64,000 nucleotides of DNA from Candidatus Methylumidiphilus alinenensis. Its GTDB lineage: Bacteria > Pseudomonadota > Gammaproteobacteria > Methylococcales > Methylococcaceae. The stretch covers positions 15,679 to 79,678 of the forward strand of contig QJPH01000143.1 of the NCBI GenBank assembly GCA_003242955.1, read 5' to 3'. Positions 37,685 through 47,500 of this stretch are shown in pieces. The translations under genes were made by a program, and so were the position numbers. The stretch's first letter is position 1. Each line of letters starts with the position of its first letter. The notes under the pieces are model-generated. The model was not told where the DNA came from. It saw nothing but the letters and a program-made list of their open reading frames with translations, and did no database searches.

Positions 37685-39007
37685 ATGAACTATAAATTTC
37701 CAGTGACAGTCATGATTACAGTTGATTGGGTTAAAGTCTGGTCAACTAGCCTGTTTCGCAATGCTTACACGGTTTTCCGCCAAATCAAAGAAGGCGGATT
37801 GGACTACCGGGCCATGAGCTTGGTTTATACCAGCCTGTTGGCTTTGATCCCGCTGTTGGCGGTAAGCTTTTCAATGCTCAAGGCGTTCGGGGCAGATGCT
37901 TACCTGGAACCCATCATCATGGAAATCCTCGACCCCTTAGGCGAAAAAAGGGAGCCGGTTGCCAAGTTCATACTCGATTCGGTGAGAGGATTGGATGTCG
38001 GCGTGTTGGGTTCGGTCGGATTATTGTCCCTGCTTTACACTAGCATTTCCCTGCTGGAAAAAATCGAAGATTCATTTAACTACATTTGGCGCAAGAAGCC
38101 TAAGCTTTCGCGCGGCTTGTTGCGGCGCTTCAGCGATTATCTGAGTTTTATCTTGGTTGGCCCCTTGCTGGTCTTTTCAGCCTTTGGGGGGATGAACGAG
38201 TTGTTCAACCGCATGCCCGACGCGCCCGAGGTCAAAGGTGCGGTAAGCCCACTGCTTGTGTTCGTTCAACCAATGTTGCCCAATGTGTTCATCATTGCCG
38301 CTTTCACCTTCATCTACAAATTGATACCTGACGCACGGGTCAATATCAGTTCGGCGTTGCTCGGTGGTGTATTAGCGGGATTGTCATGGAAACTGGCCGG
38401 TTGGGTTTTTGCCACGTTCATGGCCGGTTCGGCCCAGTATCATGCAGTCTATTCCACCTTTGCGATCCTGATTCTGTTTATGATTTGGGTCTATCTAAGT
38501 TGGCTGATCGTCTTATTAGGCGTACAGGTGTCTTTTTACCACCAACATCCCCGCTATTTGTCCCTGCGCCATGGTGAGGCACGCTTAAGCTCCAGGCTGT
38601 TCGAGCGCTTGGGGCTGCTCGTCATGGTATTGATCGGGCAGCGATTTTTTAGTGGCACCCCGCCTTGGACCATCGGCGAACTCTCCACCCGGTTGGAATT
38701 GCCCGAACTGTGCGTGGACGATATGCTACAAGTTTTGACGGAACGGGGCTTTATCATGGCCATCGGCGACTTGACAGAAACCATCATCCCGGCCCGCGAT
38801 TTTTCCACGATCCCCGTCTTGGACGTGTTGGACGCGCTGCGCACCGCAAGGGAAGATGATTTCCCGGCGGGTGCCGGCGGCTTGGGGGAACCCGTAGTGG
38901 ACGGCCTTTGCAACCAGTTTGACGAGGCAACCCGAGAAATCGGCGGTGACACCACGGTTCGTGATTTGGTTTTGGCATCTCAAACTTCAGTGACTGCAAA
39001 ACCATAG
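37685..39007 (+). CDS. YihY/BrkB family inner-membrane protein with a C-terminal wHTH-like extension
   Basis: Six or so hydrophobic helices follow YRAMSLVYTSLLALIPLLAV. A soluble tail of about 150 aa follows. The start is uncertain within the first 10 codons. Confidence 0.7.
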   Translation: MNYKFPVTVMITVDWVKVWSTSLFRNAYTVFRQIKEGGLDYRAMSLVYTSLLALIPLLAVSFSMLKAFGADAYLEPIIMEILDPLGEKREPVAKFILDSVRGLDVGVLGSVGLLSLLYTSISLLEKIEDSFNYIWRKKPKLSRGLLRRFSDYLSFILVGPLLVFSAFGGMNELFNRMPDAPEVKGAVSPLLVFVQPMLPNVFIIAAFTFIYKLIPDARVNISSALLGGVLAGLSWKLAGWVFATFMAGSAQYHAVYSTFAILILFMIWVYLSWLIVLLGVQVSFYHQHPRYLSLRHGEARLSSRLFERLGLLVMVLIGQRFFSGTPPWTIGELSTRLELPELCVDDMLQVLTERGFIMAIGDLTETIIPARDFSTIPVLDVLDALRTAREDDFPAGAGGLGEPVVDGLCNQFDEATREIGGDTTVRDLVLASQTSVTAKP

Positions 39008-39060
39008 GTTTTCCTGATTAACAAGATTATTTAGCCAATTTGTAACATCCAGCCGTATTC

Positions 39061-39173
39061 GTCATTCCGGCAGGGATTGCCGGAATCCAGTCGCCATGGA
39101 GGGCAATCTAGGTTCACCTCCCTGTGTTCTGGATACCGGCGAACCCTCGCTTCGCTCTCCCTGCCGGTATGAC
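39061..39173. repeat. Hairpin-module repeat (family A interior without the outer TIRs)
   Basis: GTCATTCCGGCAGGGATTGCCGGAATCCAG...CCATGGAGGGC...CACCTCCCTGTGTTCTGGATACCGGC...CCCTGCCGGTATGAC closely matches 1901-2003. It lies about 200 bp beyond the 3' end of the AT-rich operon. Confidence 0.75.
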
Positions 39174-39386
39174 GCACATATTGGTTTAGCTGAGCAGTCT
39201 ACCTAATCAGGGAGTGCCTTGTGATACGCTAATATTTTACCACCCGAAAGGCTTCCGCCATGATCGACGACAACATAGACCACATCATCATAGAACACCT
39301 GCGGGCTATCCGCTCTTCGTTGGCGCGTCATGACCAGACGCAATACGGTTTACACCGATTGCGCCGCGATGACGAAACTAAAGAGG

Positions 39387-41213
39387 CTACGGTTTTATAA
39401 GTAGGCGAATATCGGGATTGGCGTACATCGTATAGAGAAGTCCTAGTGGATTTCGGTGACGCTTCAACAATTCCCACTTAGCATAATATATGGCTTCACC
39501 TAGCGGGTCTCCACGCAATAGGGATTGGTAAAATATTTTAGAGAATTCGCTGGCAAATCGGTCTGGAATTCTTTCTTCCGTGCCGATGTATCCTCGGTTG
39601 TTATTTGTATTCAAAAAGAACTTAGGAAATGGGTTAGGTGCAAATGAGTCATTATCAGTGCTACCACAAGCATTGAGAAAGATGATGGGTTTGGAAGATT
39701 TGGATTTATATTCTACTCGGTTATATACAAAATGCTTTTGAAGGTCGCCGATACTTGCTTGCAATGTTGATGAAAAACACAGTTTCGATTCGTTTGAGTC
39801 AGCCGGTTCACAAACTTGGCAATGACAGACGAAGTGTTGAATTTGATCGGGACGGCTTTGCATTTCCCCGTTGAAGCGCAGGAACGGATTTTGAAGATGT
39901 TTGGCTAGATTGCCGCGAAAAACACTAGCATCCAGATATTCGCCTGGCCAAGGCCCTTCCAGTTCGAGAAATTGATCATGATCCTTAAAAAACTCCCAAT
40001 TAGATTTAGCTACATGGAGTTCCTGATGGTGGAAATACTTTAGCGGCAGAACGGGGTCATTATCCAAAATCAAATCCTCACTAACATTAGCATCGGATAG
40101 TTCACGATATACCACGCTTGAAAAGCCAGGAAAGCGGCATAAAGCTAGTCGTAATTCGTCATAATTGGCAACGGGCAACCATTCAGTATTATTAAATAAT
40201 GGTAAAAACTCGATAGGTAAAATATCATTAGATTCACCTGACATAACAATCAATGAAGGGGAATTACTGTCATGATTCCATTTTGGACAGCATCTACGAA
40301 AAGTTTTGACTACCTCAGAATCTTGACCATTAAAAAGTATCGATAGGAGTTCGTTTCCAGCGCAATTCAATTCAGACAAGGCTTTGTTTAGTTGATTAAA
40401 TTCGACCTGTAGACCTTCATTTTTCCCTATTTTGATGAGCTTGCGCAAAGCTTTTCGCAAGTTTATTAATTTTGATTTTGTTTCTGAATCATCCAATCTA
40501 TAGGGTAGACAAATTTTTTGTTTGTGAGGTCCGGTAATTAATATTTCATGTAAACTACGCTCATCAACAATATTCGAAATTCTGAGTGTACTTACCATAC
40601 TAGCCCTTTCCGGCTTTTGATCGATGTTTTGATCAAGTTCCCGGTCATTTATGGATTGTGAGGTAAGGCAGGGTAAGTTGTTGACGGTTTTAATAATCTG
40701 CTGAAAGAGTTCTAGGGCGAACTTATCGCGTGTACTTTTTGTTCTGGCATCTTGAAATGTTTTCAGATTTTTATCGGTTTTTAAATGAAAGATTTGCTGC
40801 TTTTCTAGCCCTTTCAGGTCCATGATGCCATCGAACAGAATTGGTGTTAAGGCGACAGGTATTACCCGCTTCCCTGTGTTCGGCACTGCAATGTTAATGG
40901 GGACAAAGGCTGGTAATTCGTGGTTTTCAATATACTCGCTGCCTAAAAAATTCGGACTGACCAGTAACAGACCGAAATGGCAACCAGCGACAGCCGCCTG
41001 AATCTTTTCATGCCAATCTTCTCCAGCTATAATATCCTCATCATCCCAAGCTTCAAAATTGTACTCTTTAGAAATTTTAAGACATTGCTTTAGAGGTTTA
41101 AGTAATTTTTCTTTGAGTTCTTTATCTTCATGTGAATAGGATATGAAATAACGGATTACAGTTTTATTATTACCAGGCTCTTTTAATATAAAAGTTTTCG
41201 ATGATTCATTCAT
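39387..41213 (-). CDS. TIR domain - CHAT (caspase-like protease) domain fusion protein, 608 aa
   Basis: The TIR region runs from about aa 18 to 135 (VIRYFISYSHEDKELKEKL ... LLLVSPNFLGSEYIENHELPAF, candidate catalytic Glu at E96/E99). The CHAT-like C-terminal region (about aa 320-608) has ILPIEFLPLF, a His-box QIQHFVCHC (H460/H464) and a Cys-box PIIFLNACGS (C516). Assignments are by motif only. Confidence 0.7.
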   Translation of the reverse strand: MNESSKTFILKEPGNNKTVIRYFISYSHEDKELKEKLLKPLKQCLKISKEYNFEAWDDEDIIAGEDWHEKIQAAVAGCHFGLLLVSPNFLGSEYIENHELPAFVPINIAVPNTGKRVIPVALTPILFDGIMDLKGLEKQQIFHLKTDKNLKTFQDARTKSTRDKFALELFQQIIKTVNNLPCLTSQSINDRELDQNIDQKPERASMVSTLRISNIVDERSLHEILITGPHKQKICLPYRLDDSETKSKLINLRKALRKLIKIGKNEGLQVEFNQLNKALSELNCAGNELLSILFNGQDSEVVKTFRRCCPKWNHDSNSPSLIVMSGESNDILPIEFLPLFNNTEWLPVANYDELRLALCRFPGFSSVVYRELSDANVSEDLILDNDPVLPLKYFHHQELHVAKSNWEFFKDHDQFLELEGPWPGEYLDASVFRGNLAKHLQNPFLRFNGEMQSRPDQIQHFVCHCQVCEPADSNESKLCFSSTLQASIGDLQKHFVYNRVEYKSKSSKPIIFLNACGSTDNDSFAPNPFPKFFLNTNNNRGYIGTEERIPDRFASEFSKIFYQSLLRGDPLGEAIYYAKWELLKRHRNPLGLLYTMYANPDIRLLIKP

Positions 41214-41261
41214 ATAGGCTTACTGTTATTATTCTTTAAACAAACAGGCGGTCGATGACCA

Positions 41262-42812
41262 TTACAAGGCTAAGTTGACAGTCAGAGTTTGAATGAGTCG
41301 TGTACCCTGTAAAACTTGGACATAAATACGATGATTGGTAATAGAATCATCAATTGATTTCAAGGTGAAATTCAGTTCGGGGATTAAGTCATGGGCCTCT
41401 CTTTCCAGCTTTATTATCTGCCTACTAGTTGTGGCTTGTAATGTTTCAGAATACAAGAAAACAGTAAACTCAACCTCGGGAGTGTCTTGCCCGTCGCGAA
41501 CAACAATTTTCTCATAACAGGCTGAACTAGAATCAGATATATCAATGGGCTGCTCTTGAGTAAATTGAACCCGCATTGTCCATGTTTTCTCAGCACTATC
41601 AGCCTCCGAACCATTGTCAACAAAAATTTCTGCCGCAACATAGCCAGAGTAATTGCTTAGTTGAGGGCCTTGAAAATAGTCAGACAGTTGCTTTATTGAC
41701 TCTGCTTGTTGTTGAAGAATTTCGGTTAAGCGACTTTCAGAAATCATGCCTGTAGGTGTTTGACTGCCTGTATCCATGATGGCCTGTAGTTGCTTGGCAA
41801 GTTTAAATTGCTTTTCAAAGACATGCTGATAAATAGGATTTCTGATGGCACACACGCCTTGGTTATCCCGAATGCACCCTTGCAGGTAGAGGTCTCTGAT
41901 AATCTTGCTGCTTAATGAAAATGGCAGGTTAGCTCCATTGAGGATGGCTTCCAATACTTTGGTAAGGTTTGAATTCAGTTTATCAGTTCCGAAAAGATTA
42001 GATACCATGGTTTGAATATGGGTGGTACTGTCTAGGCCAACATTTTCTAAAAATTCAGAAAGTTTGTCTAACTGATCGTCTATTTCCTTGCTGTCGAGCT
42101 TGTAAAGATGATGGCAAACATATTGAACTAGATACGGATGACCTAAAGTGGTCTCATATATCTTGCTAATTTGAATTTCGGAGAATTTATCATCCGATAG
42201 ACGTGTAATGAGTCCTTGGGTTTCTGATGGAGTGAAATCTGGAAGATAGATTTTTTCTGCTATATTGAATGGAGAGATTAGGTAATTTTCTTCCATGGTC
42301 AAATCTCCTAAATCGGTTGAACCAGCAATTACAAATACATGTTTGTGCTTACTTTTGTCAACGAAACTTTCCATATAATACGCTCGTATGTGTCGCAATA
42401 ATTCAGCTGCAACTTCTCTGTTGGGGCATATTTCATCGATAAGGAATATTATTGGTTTGTTATTATGTAATAACCTAAAATAATCAATTATCCTATCTGG
42501 TGTAGTGCTGTCATAGTGATATATAAGGTGTTTGGTTTTACTCCAGAACTCATGTGTGACTTCTTTAATATCATAAAAACCACATGCTTCTAAATTGATA
42601 TGAATATATATATATTTATCAGTAAACTCACTATCTAGCGCATTAAGTAAAGTGGTTTTCCCTGTTTGCCTAGAAGCCATTATGGATATGCATGTCTTAG
42701 AATTAATATCATCATAAATCTCTTTAACTATTTTTTCTCTAGTTACCGATTTATCTTTTAATATTGGGCTTGTATACACAAATGGATTGGTGGTATTTTC
42801 TAAAGTATTCAT
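41262..42812 (-). CDS. AAA-like (ORC/Cdc6-type, Pfam AAA_35-like) P-loop ATPase with an uncharacterised C-terminal domain, 516 aa
   Basis: Walker A is IMASRQTGKTTLLNAL, Walker B is PIIFLIDEI, and the motif TTLGHPYLVQYVCHHL follows. The last ~170 aa (from about SNYSGYVAAEIFVDNG) look beta-rich with no recognisable motif. There is an 8-nt gap to the upstream gene. Confidence 0.65.
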   Translation of the reverse strand: MNTLENTTNPFVYTSPILKDKSVTREKIVKEIYDDINSKTCISIMASRQTGKTTLLNALDSEFTDKYIYIHINLEACGFYDIKEVTHEFWSKTKHLIYHYDSTTPDRIIDYFRLLHNNKPIIFLIDEICPNREVAAELLRHIRAYYMESFVDKSKHKHVFVIAGSTDLGDLTMEENYLISPFNIAEKIYLPDFTPSETQGLITRLSDDKFSEIQISKIYETTLGHPYLVQYVCHHLYKLDSKEIDDQLDKLSEFLENVGLDSTTHIQTMVSNLFGTDKLNSNLTKVLEAILNGANLPFSLSSKIIRDLYLQGCIRDNQGVCAIRNPIYQHVFEKQFKLAKQLQAIMDTGSQTPTGMISESRLTEILQQQAESIKQLSDYFQGPQLSNYSGYVAAEIFVDNGSEADSAEKTWTMRVQFTQEQPIDISDSSSACYEKIVVRDGQDTPEVEFTVFLYSETLQATTSRQIIKLEREAHDLIPELNFTLKSIDDSITNHRIYVQVLQGTRLIQTLTVNLAL

Positions 42813-42820
42813 AACGACAC

Positions 42821-45800
42821 CTATTTAGGGTATATTTCACTGATTCGTTCGAGTAAACTGACAGCCGTCAACTCAACTTCGATGTGTTTTCCAAGAATGA
42901 AAGGCAGGTCAGGCAGGACAAAACTATACAGAATGCTTTCCGGTTCGTGCTTGAGGATAGTTGCTAAAACTAATTTCTTCATCAGATTAGCGATTTCTTT
43001 ATCACTCAAATTAACATCATATATTTCTAGCAAACGTTGTAATTCAAAAGGTGTAAACTTATTGCCAAGTTCATATTTTTCCCTTTCATTAGCATATTTA
43101 CGAGTTATTTTACTGTAAGCTATGCGGTCAATAATAATTTTACCTAGTTTCTTATCAAAACAAGCCATCATTAAATAAAGTAATAGCTTGGATTGATCAT
43201 CCAAATTATACAAATAAACTTCAATCATATGTTCGCAAAATGTTGTAGAATTAATCACTTTGTCAATGTCATCGCGACTAATTTCCCTCACTTTGCGTAT
43301 CTTGTCAATACGAATTATTTTCGCGCAGCAAAACTGAATGAAGTTGGGATAACAAGCTGTTTTCTCGGTGATATATCTTATGTTATTTTTGTCAATAGTG
43401 AGAATGTTCTTAAAAGGTTCATCAATCAGTGCCATGGCATCTTTTTCAGCCAAAGATCCGAGTTCTAGTTTTTCCAAAAAATTAAACAACGGCGATTGGA
43501 TGTCATGCATCCGGAAGTAGAGTTCGCGGTAGCCGGCTACAACAATCTTGACTGAGGCTTCATTAATCAGTGCCCTTAAGGTTCTTGAAAATGTCTCACC
43601 CGTTGGCAGCAGATCATCCAATTCGTCGAGGAAAAGTACCAGCTTGCATTTATGGCTTTTACAGTAATCATCTACCTGGGTGATAAAATCGGCTATGGCA
43701 TTAAATGCAGTGGTTATTTCCAATTTTCGAAACAACCCCTTCCCCCATTCCAAAATATCGGAACCGTACGGGCTACAATCTAGATAGACAGTTTTGAAAT
43801 GTTTGCGTTTGTCGATCTCATCTTTGATACGCATCAATAAAGAAGTCTTGCCTATGCGTCTAGGGCCAATGATGGCATAACATTTTTTGTTGGGTTGCAG
43901 GATAGAATTTATAATAATTTGGGTTTCATTTTCTCGACCATAGAACATTTCCCTGACCGGGCCGGCAATTTGGAAAGGGGACAAGGCAACGAGATTGACC
44001 TGTCCAACCAGCAAAGACAGGAGTTCCTCATGGGGATTGTTGGCAAGAAGAATATTCTTTAAATCCTGGTAATCTAGCACGGCAGTCGAAAAGCTTAGTG
44101 ATTCATTTTTCAGCGTCGTTGTTATAAATTCTATCCTCTCTGGTGCAATAACTAGGACAATCCTCCAATTAGTCGTGGATTTAATCCAATGATTTACCGT
44201 GCTGTAGTCAGTGCCTTTCAACACAGTAACAAGTATGCAATCAAAACCATGAAATTTGATAGATGGAATTTTAATTTCAAAAACTTCCAAATGTGGTTGT
44301 AAGTTTAGAGGAACGGGTACGCGTTCTTGGAATAATACCTTGACGGTGGCGCAGAGTATTTCCAGATGGTTTTGCCTGAGCAATTCTTTTTGTTTCTGAT
44401 TGGCTTCATATTTTGAATTAAGTGCAATCGAAAGGTGGACAAGATTCGCCCACTGTTCTGGGTTTATCAAAAGAAAATCAGTTACCCAAGGTAGTTGTTT
44501 TTCTTTATTCAAGGCTACATCAATTTTACATACATCAATAAGCTTGATTGCTGCAATCAGCTCTTGCCGATGTTCAAGTGCTGTTTTGAAGACATCTTGG
44601 TGAGTTGAAATCCAGTGGGCATAACCGCTATCTTGCAACAAGTAATGGCTTTCTTTTTGTTCAACGTGGCTAACGATTAGTTTTAGAGCCTCCAAAGATT
44701 GGACACCCAGCAAGACATTGTCTTTTGGAAAAAAATGCTTGATTCTATGCAGCTTATCGTGAATGCCGGTAAGTTCAGCCCCGCCGAGGGACAGGGCTAT
44801 CAAGACCATTTTCTCCGCCAACGTATGTTTAGCCCATAATAGAGCATATCCCTTTTCCTGATTGCAAATAGTTTCCAACTCTTTAAGGTAATTTGGACTG
44901 ACCACTCGGTAGCGGTTGACAAGCCCCTGAGCGAGTGCAACGATAATTTCTTGACCCGTTCCATTATTGGCTAAACTATGCACTGCCGTAGGCATATCGG
45001 CTAAAAATAGTTCTTTGGTTTTTTCGCCTTCTAGGGATAGGAATATCAAACTACGTTGCCGTGTGCCTATGATAATTTCTTGGCTACCCTTATAAGTCTT
45101 GCCTAAAGCTATCGAAATTAGCTGCCTGTCTATGTTGTTAATGATGCAAAATCTCGACTTCTCGCCATCAGCATGGACACTGTAAATCGAATCAGGGGTT
45201 AATACATAAAAATGCGGATTGCCTTGCTCGTTTTCAATGCAGACCCAATCCAGCACATTGACGGAATCGCCTAGCTCCAACCATGGCTGCTTGAATGGGT
45301 CAGCCTGTGTTTCAGGTTGATTTAGAAAATCGTTGATATTTTGCATACGATAGATGCAACCTGTCACCGTGATGACATAAAAAGTTATTTTATCCTTAGC
45401 AACTTTTAATTCCATCTTGATAGGAATGGCTGGCAACGTAAACTCCCTACGCTGTACATTGCCAGCCTGGATAACGATGTCATTATTCACTAGCCCGCAT
45501 GCCAAATAATCTTGGCCTTGGTGGTGGAGTGCCGTTAAACAGCAAATTGCCTTGCTATAACTGGCAAAGGGTTTATCCATGTCAAGATAATCAAAAGAGT
45601 CAAGCTTAAAAACGTCTGAACCGTTTCCTATGAAATATTGTTTTTTGCTACCATGGATAAGGACGATGTGTATTTCTGTATCATTAAAATGTTTTTTATC
45701 AATTCTGCCCTTGTCTATCCTATAAAGATCACCTTCTGAACTTGCTAGTATAATCCTGTTGCCACCATCAATGGATGAGATGAACTCGATATTCTCTAGT

Positions 45801-47479
45801 CTGAGGTGTGATTCCAACAAATCCATCCCAATCAATTTTAAATTGTCTAATTGTTTGTAGGCATCGGGAAATAAACCTTCCGAAGATAATCGTTTTATGT
45901 CCTCACTACGCCGGATCGGTAAATCCTTCCAACGAATTTTCTCTTCTGTGAATTCTTTGAATTGACCTAGAAAATCATTACCACTGCCAATAACATTATT
46001 GATTTTTTCTAATTCAAAGCATATTTGCTCACAAGTAGGTAAGTTTTGATATTTTTTATATAATCTTTCAATAAATTCAAATGTGTAACGTATAAGAATT
46101 TTTTCATTTTGATATTTTTTTAATAAATAACCCAATTTTTGTAAAATTTGTAAATTAACGTCATAAACCTGCTGTTCTTCAATAGATTGTAAAAACTCCA
46201 CAACTTGATGGCAATCCATTTCCCGCTCAAGGACATCCATTCCATATCGGGCTACTGCGGGATATTTTGACTCACTGAACCAATTTAGAATCTCTTTGTT
46301 TCCATGACTTTTTTTCAAATCATTAAATGCTTGTGCAATTTTTTTATTGATGGTGGAACCTATATATATCTTGAAAACTTGCAATTTGCCATTGGCCAAC
46401 CCTGCAATAACCCGCTTCTTATCCAACTGCCTAATATTACCAGCCCACAACGCGGTTACCCGATGTTCGGTGGGATATTCCCATTTGATACGCAACTCAC
46501 GTCTGTCAGGATCAACGGCAAATACATAGATGCGGTTGCTGGCACCTCCAACTAATATTTCTAGTATGCCATCGTTGTCAATATCGTCACAATATAAGGA
46601 ATGAAACTTATCGGCACATTTGATCGAGTATTTTAATTGCGTCGTGTGTAGATCATAGATGTCCAGTTTGCCATTGGAAGCACAAGCAATAATGCTTTCG
46701 CTACCTTCATTATCGGGATCGGCTACTTGGACGCAAATATATAAGCTCGAATGGGCAAAACTTCGAGGTGTCATATTTATATACCCATGCGGATTGATGT
46801 CGTATACGATAATCCCTCCCCCATGCATAATACCTACCAGATGGGAGTCTTGTATAGTGTTTGCATCAGTAGGTGAAGGCAAGTCGTCAATTTGAAAGTG
46901 TTGGATATTTTTTAGAGTGTCTAGTTCTTGATCCGGTTTGTTAGGTGAAAAAGGGCTAAAGCGATAAATTTTATTATTCGATGCCGCCAAATATAGGTGT
47001 GAATCCTTGTAAATTATACAATAGATTTCCAAATCATCTTCTTGTTGTCTTGGTATACCAATGATTGAGCGTAAGTCAGCTGAAAGTTTATTACCTTGTC
47101 TCGAAAAATGATAAATGGCAGGCGGTGCATTCTTTTTATAAGCAACGAGCATGGCGGAATGTGTACTTGCCCCCCTGCCATATTTAAAAAAACGTAATTC
47201 TTGGAAGCCACTAGGATTGTCAAGTTGTACAATTTTTTGCAGGTTCTCACCACAGGAGTATATCTTGCATCTACCATATGTAGTGATAATGTTCACCTCT
47301 TTGGTGGTGTTGTTATCGATATCGACGGCTTCAATGGCAATAACACCCCCATGACAGTGAATTTCATCAATCAGATCAAGTTTGTGTTCTTTAACAAGTA
47401 AAAACTTCTGGATCGCTTTAAAATACTCCTGATGAGATAAATCTTCTTTCCCTGCACCAACTAAATTATGCTGTATCAT
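42821..47479 (-). CDS. Giant (~1552 aa) protein: N-terminal FG-GAP-like beta-propeller, helical linker, second propeller-like region, C-terminal P-loop ATPase plus helical/wHTH-like tail
   Basis: An FG-GAP-like blade CDDIDNDGILEILVGGASNRIYVF lies at ~46560-46600. Repeated strand patterns occur (ACASNGKLDIYDL, AGLANGKLQVFKI, LASSEGDLYRID). The ATPase lead-in is SPFQIAGPVREMFYGRENE, Walker A is YAIIGPRRIGKTSLL (Lys codon 43847-43849), and Walker B is LVLFLDELDD. I prefer ATG 47479, preceded by GGAGG, over the tracked TTG at 47494. Confidence 0.65.
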   Translation of the reverse strand: MIQHNLVGAGKEDLSHQEYFKAIQKFLLVKEHKLDLIDEIHCHGGVIAIEAVDIDNNTTKEVNIITTYGRCKIYSCGENLQKIVQLDNPSGFQELRFFKYGRGASTHSAMLVAYKKNAPPAIYHFSRQGNKLSADLRSIIGIPRQQEDDLEIYCIIYKDSHLYLAASNNKIYRFSPFSPNKPDQELDTLKNIQHFQIDDLPSPTDANTIQDSHLVGIMHGGGIIVYDINPHGYINMTPRSFAHSSLYICVQVADPDNEGSESIIACASNGKLDIYDLHTTQLKYSIKCADKFHSLYCDDIDNDGILEILVGGASNRIYVFAVDPDRRELRIKWEYPTEHRVTALWAGNIRQLDKKRVIAGLANGKLQVFKIYIGSTINKKIAQAFNDLKKSHGNKEILNWFSESKYPAVARYGMDVLEREMDCHQVVEFLQSIEEQQVYDVNLQILQKLGYLLKKYQNEKILIRYTFEFIERLYKKYQNLPTCEQICFELEKINNVIGSGNDFLGQFKEFTEEKIRWKDLPIRRSEDIKRLSSEGLFPDAYKQLDNLKLIGMDLLESHLRLENIEFISSIDGGNRIILASSEGDLYRIDKGRIDKKHFNDTEIHIVLIHGSKKQYFIGNGSDVFKLDSFDYLDMDKPFASYSKAICCLTALHHQGQDYLACGLVNNDIVIQAGNVQRREFTLPAIPIKMELKVAKDKITFYVITVTGCIYRMQNINDFLNQPETQADPFKQPWLELGDSVNVLDWVCIENEQGNPHFYVLTPDSIYSVHADGEKSRFCIINNIDRQLISIALGKTYKGSQEIIIGTRQRSLIFLSLEGEKTKELFLADMPTAVHSLANNGTGQEIIVALAQGLVNRYRVVSPNYLKELETICNQEKGYALLWAKHTLAEKMVLIALSLGGAELTGIHDKLHRIKHFFPKDNVLLGVQSLEALKLIVSHVEQKESHYLLQDSGYAHWISTHQDVFKTALEHRQELIAAIKLIDVCKIDVALNKEKQLPWVTDFLLINPEQWANLVHLSIALNSKYEANQKQKELLRQNHLEILCATVKVLFQERVPVPLNLQPHLEVFEIKIPSIKFHGFDCILVTVLKGTDYSTVNHWIKSTTNWRIVLVIAPERIEFITTTLKNESLSFSTAVLDYQDLKNILLANNPHEELLSLLVGQVNLVALSPFQIAGPVREMFYGRENETQIIINSILQPNKKCYAIIGPRRIGKTSLLMRIKDEIDKRKHFKTVYLDCSPYGSDILEWGKGLFRKLEITTAFNAIADFITQVDDYCKSHKCKLVLFLDELDDLLPTGETFSRTLRALINEASVKIVVAGYRELYFRMHDIQSPLFNFLEKLELGSLAEKDAMALIDEPFKNILTIDKNNIRYITEKTACYPNFIQFCCAKIIRIDKIRKVREISRDDIDKVINSTTFCEHMIEVYLYNLDDQSKLLLYLMMACFDKKLGKIIIDRIAYSKITRKYANEREKYELGNKFTPFELQRLLEIYDVNLSDKEIANLMKKLVLATILKHEPESILYSFVLPDLPFILGKHIEVELTAVSLLERISEIYPK

Positions 47480-47487
47480 GCGTGATG

Positions 47488-47492
47488 CCTCC
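47488..47492 (-). promoter_or_regulatory. Shine-Dalgarno (GGAGG) for the giant ATPase gene
   Basis: GGAGG on the minus strand lies 8 nt upstream of ATG 47479, inside the 21-nt gap after the GH57-like gene stop. Confidence 0.55.
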
Positions 47493-47500
47493 AAGGTTTA

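Noticed and set aside
39260-39400. 46-aa + strand ORF as a real gene (for example an antitoxin or regulator of the neighbouring operon)
   Set aside because: It overlaps the convergent TIR-CHAT 3' end, has no clear ribosome-binding site, and has only weak similarity to the ORF at 8302. I keep it only as a possible clipped relic.
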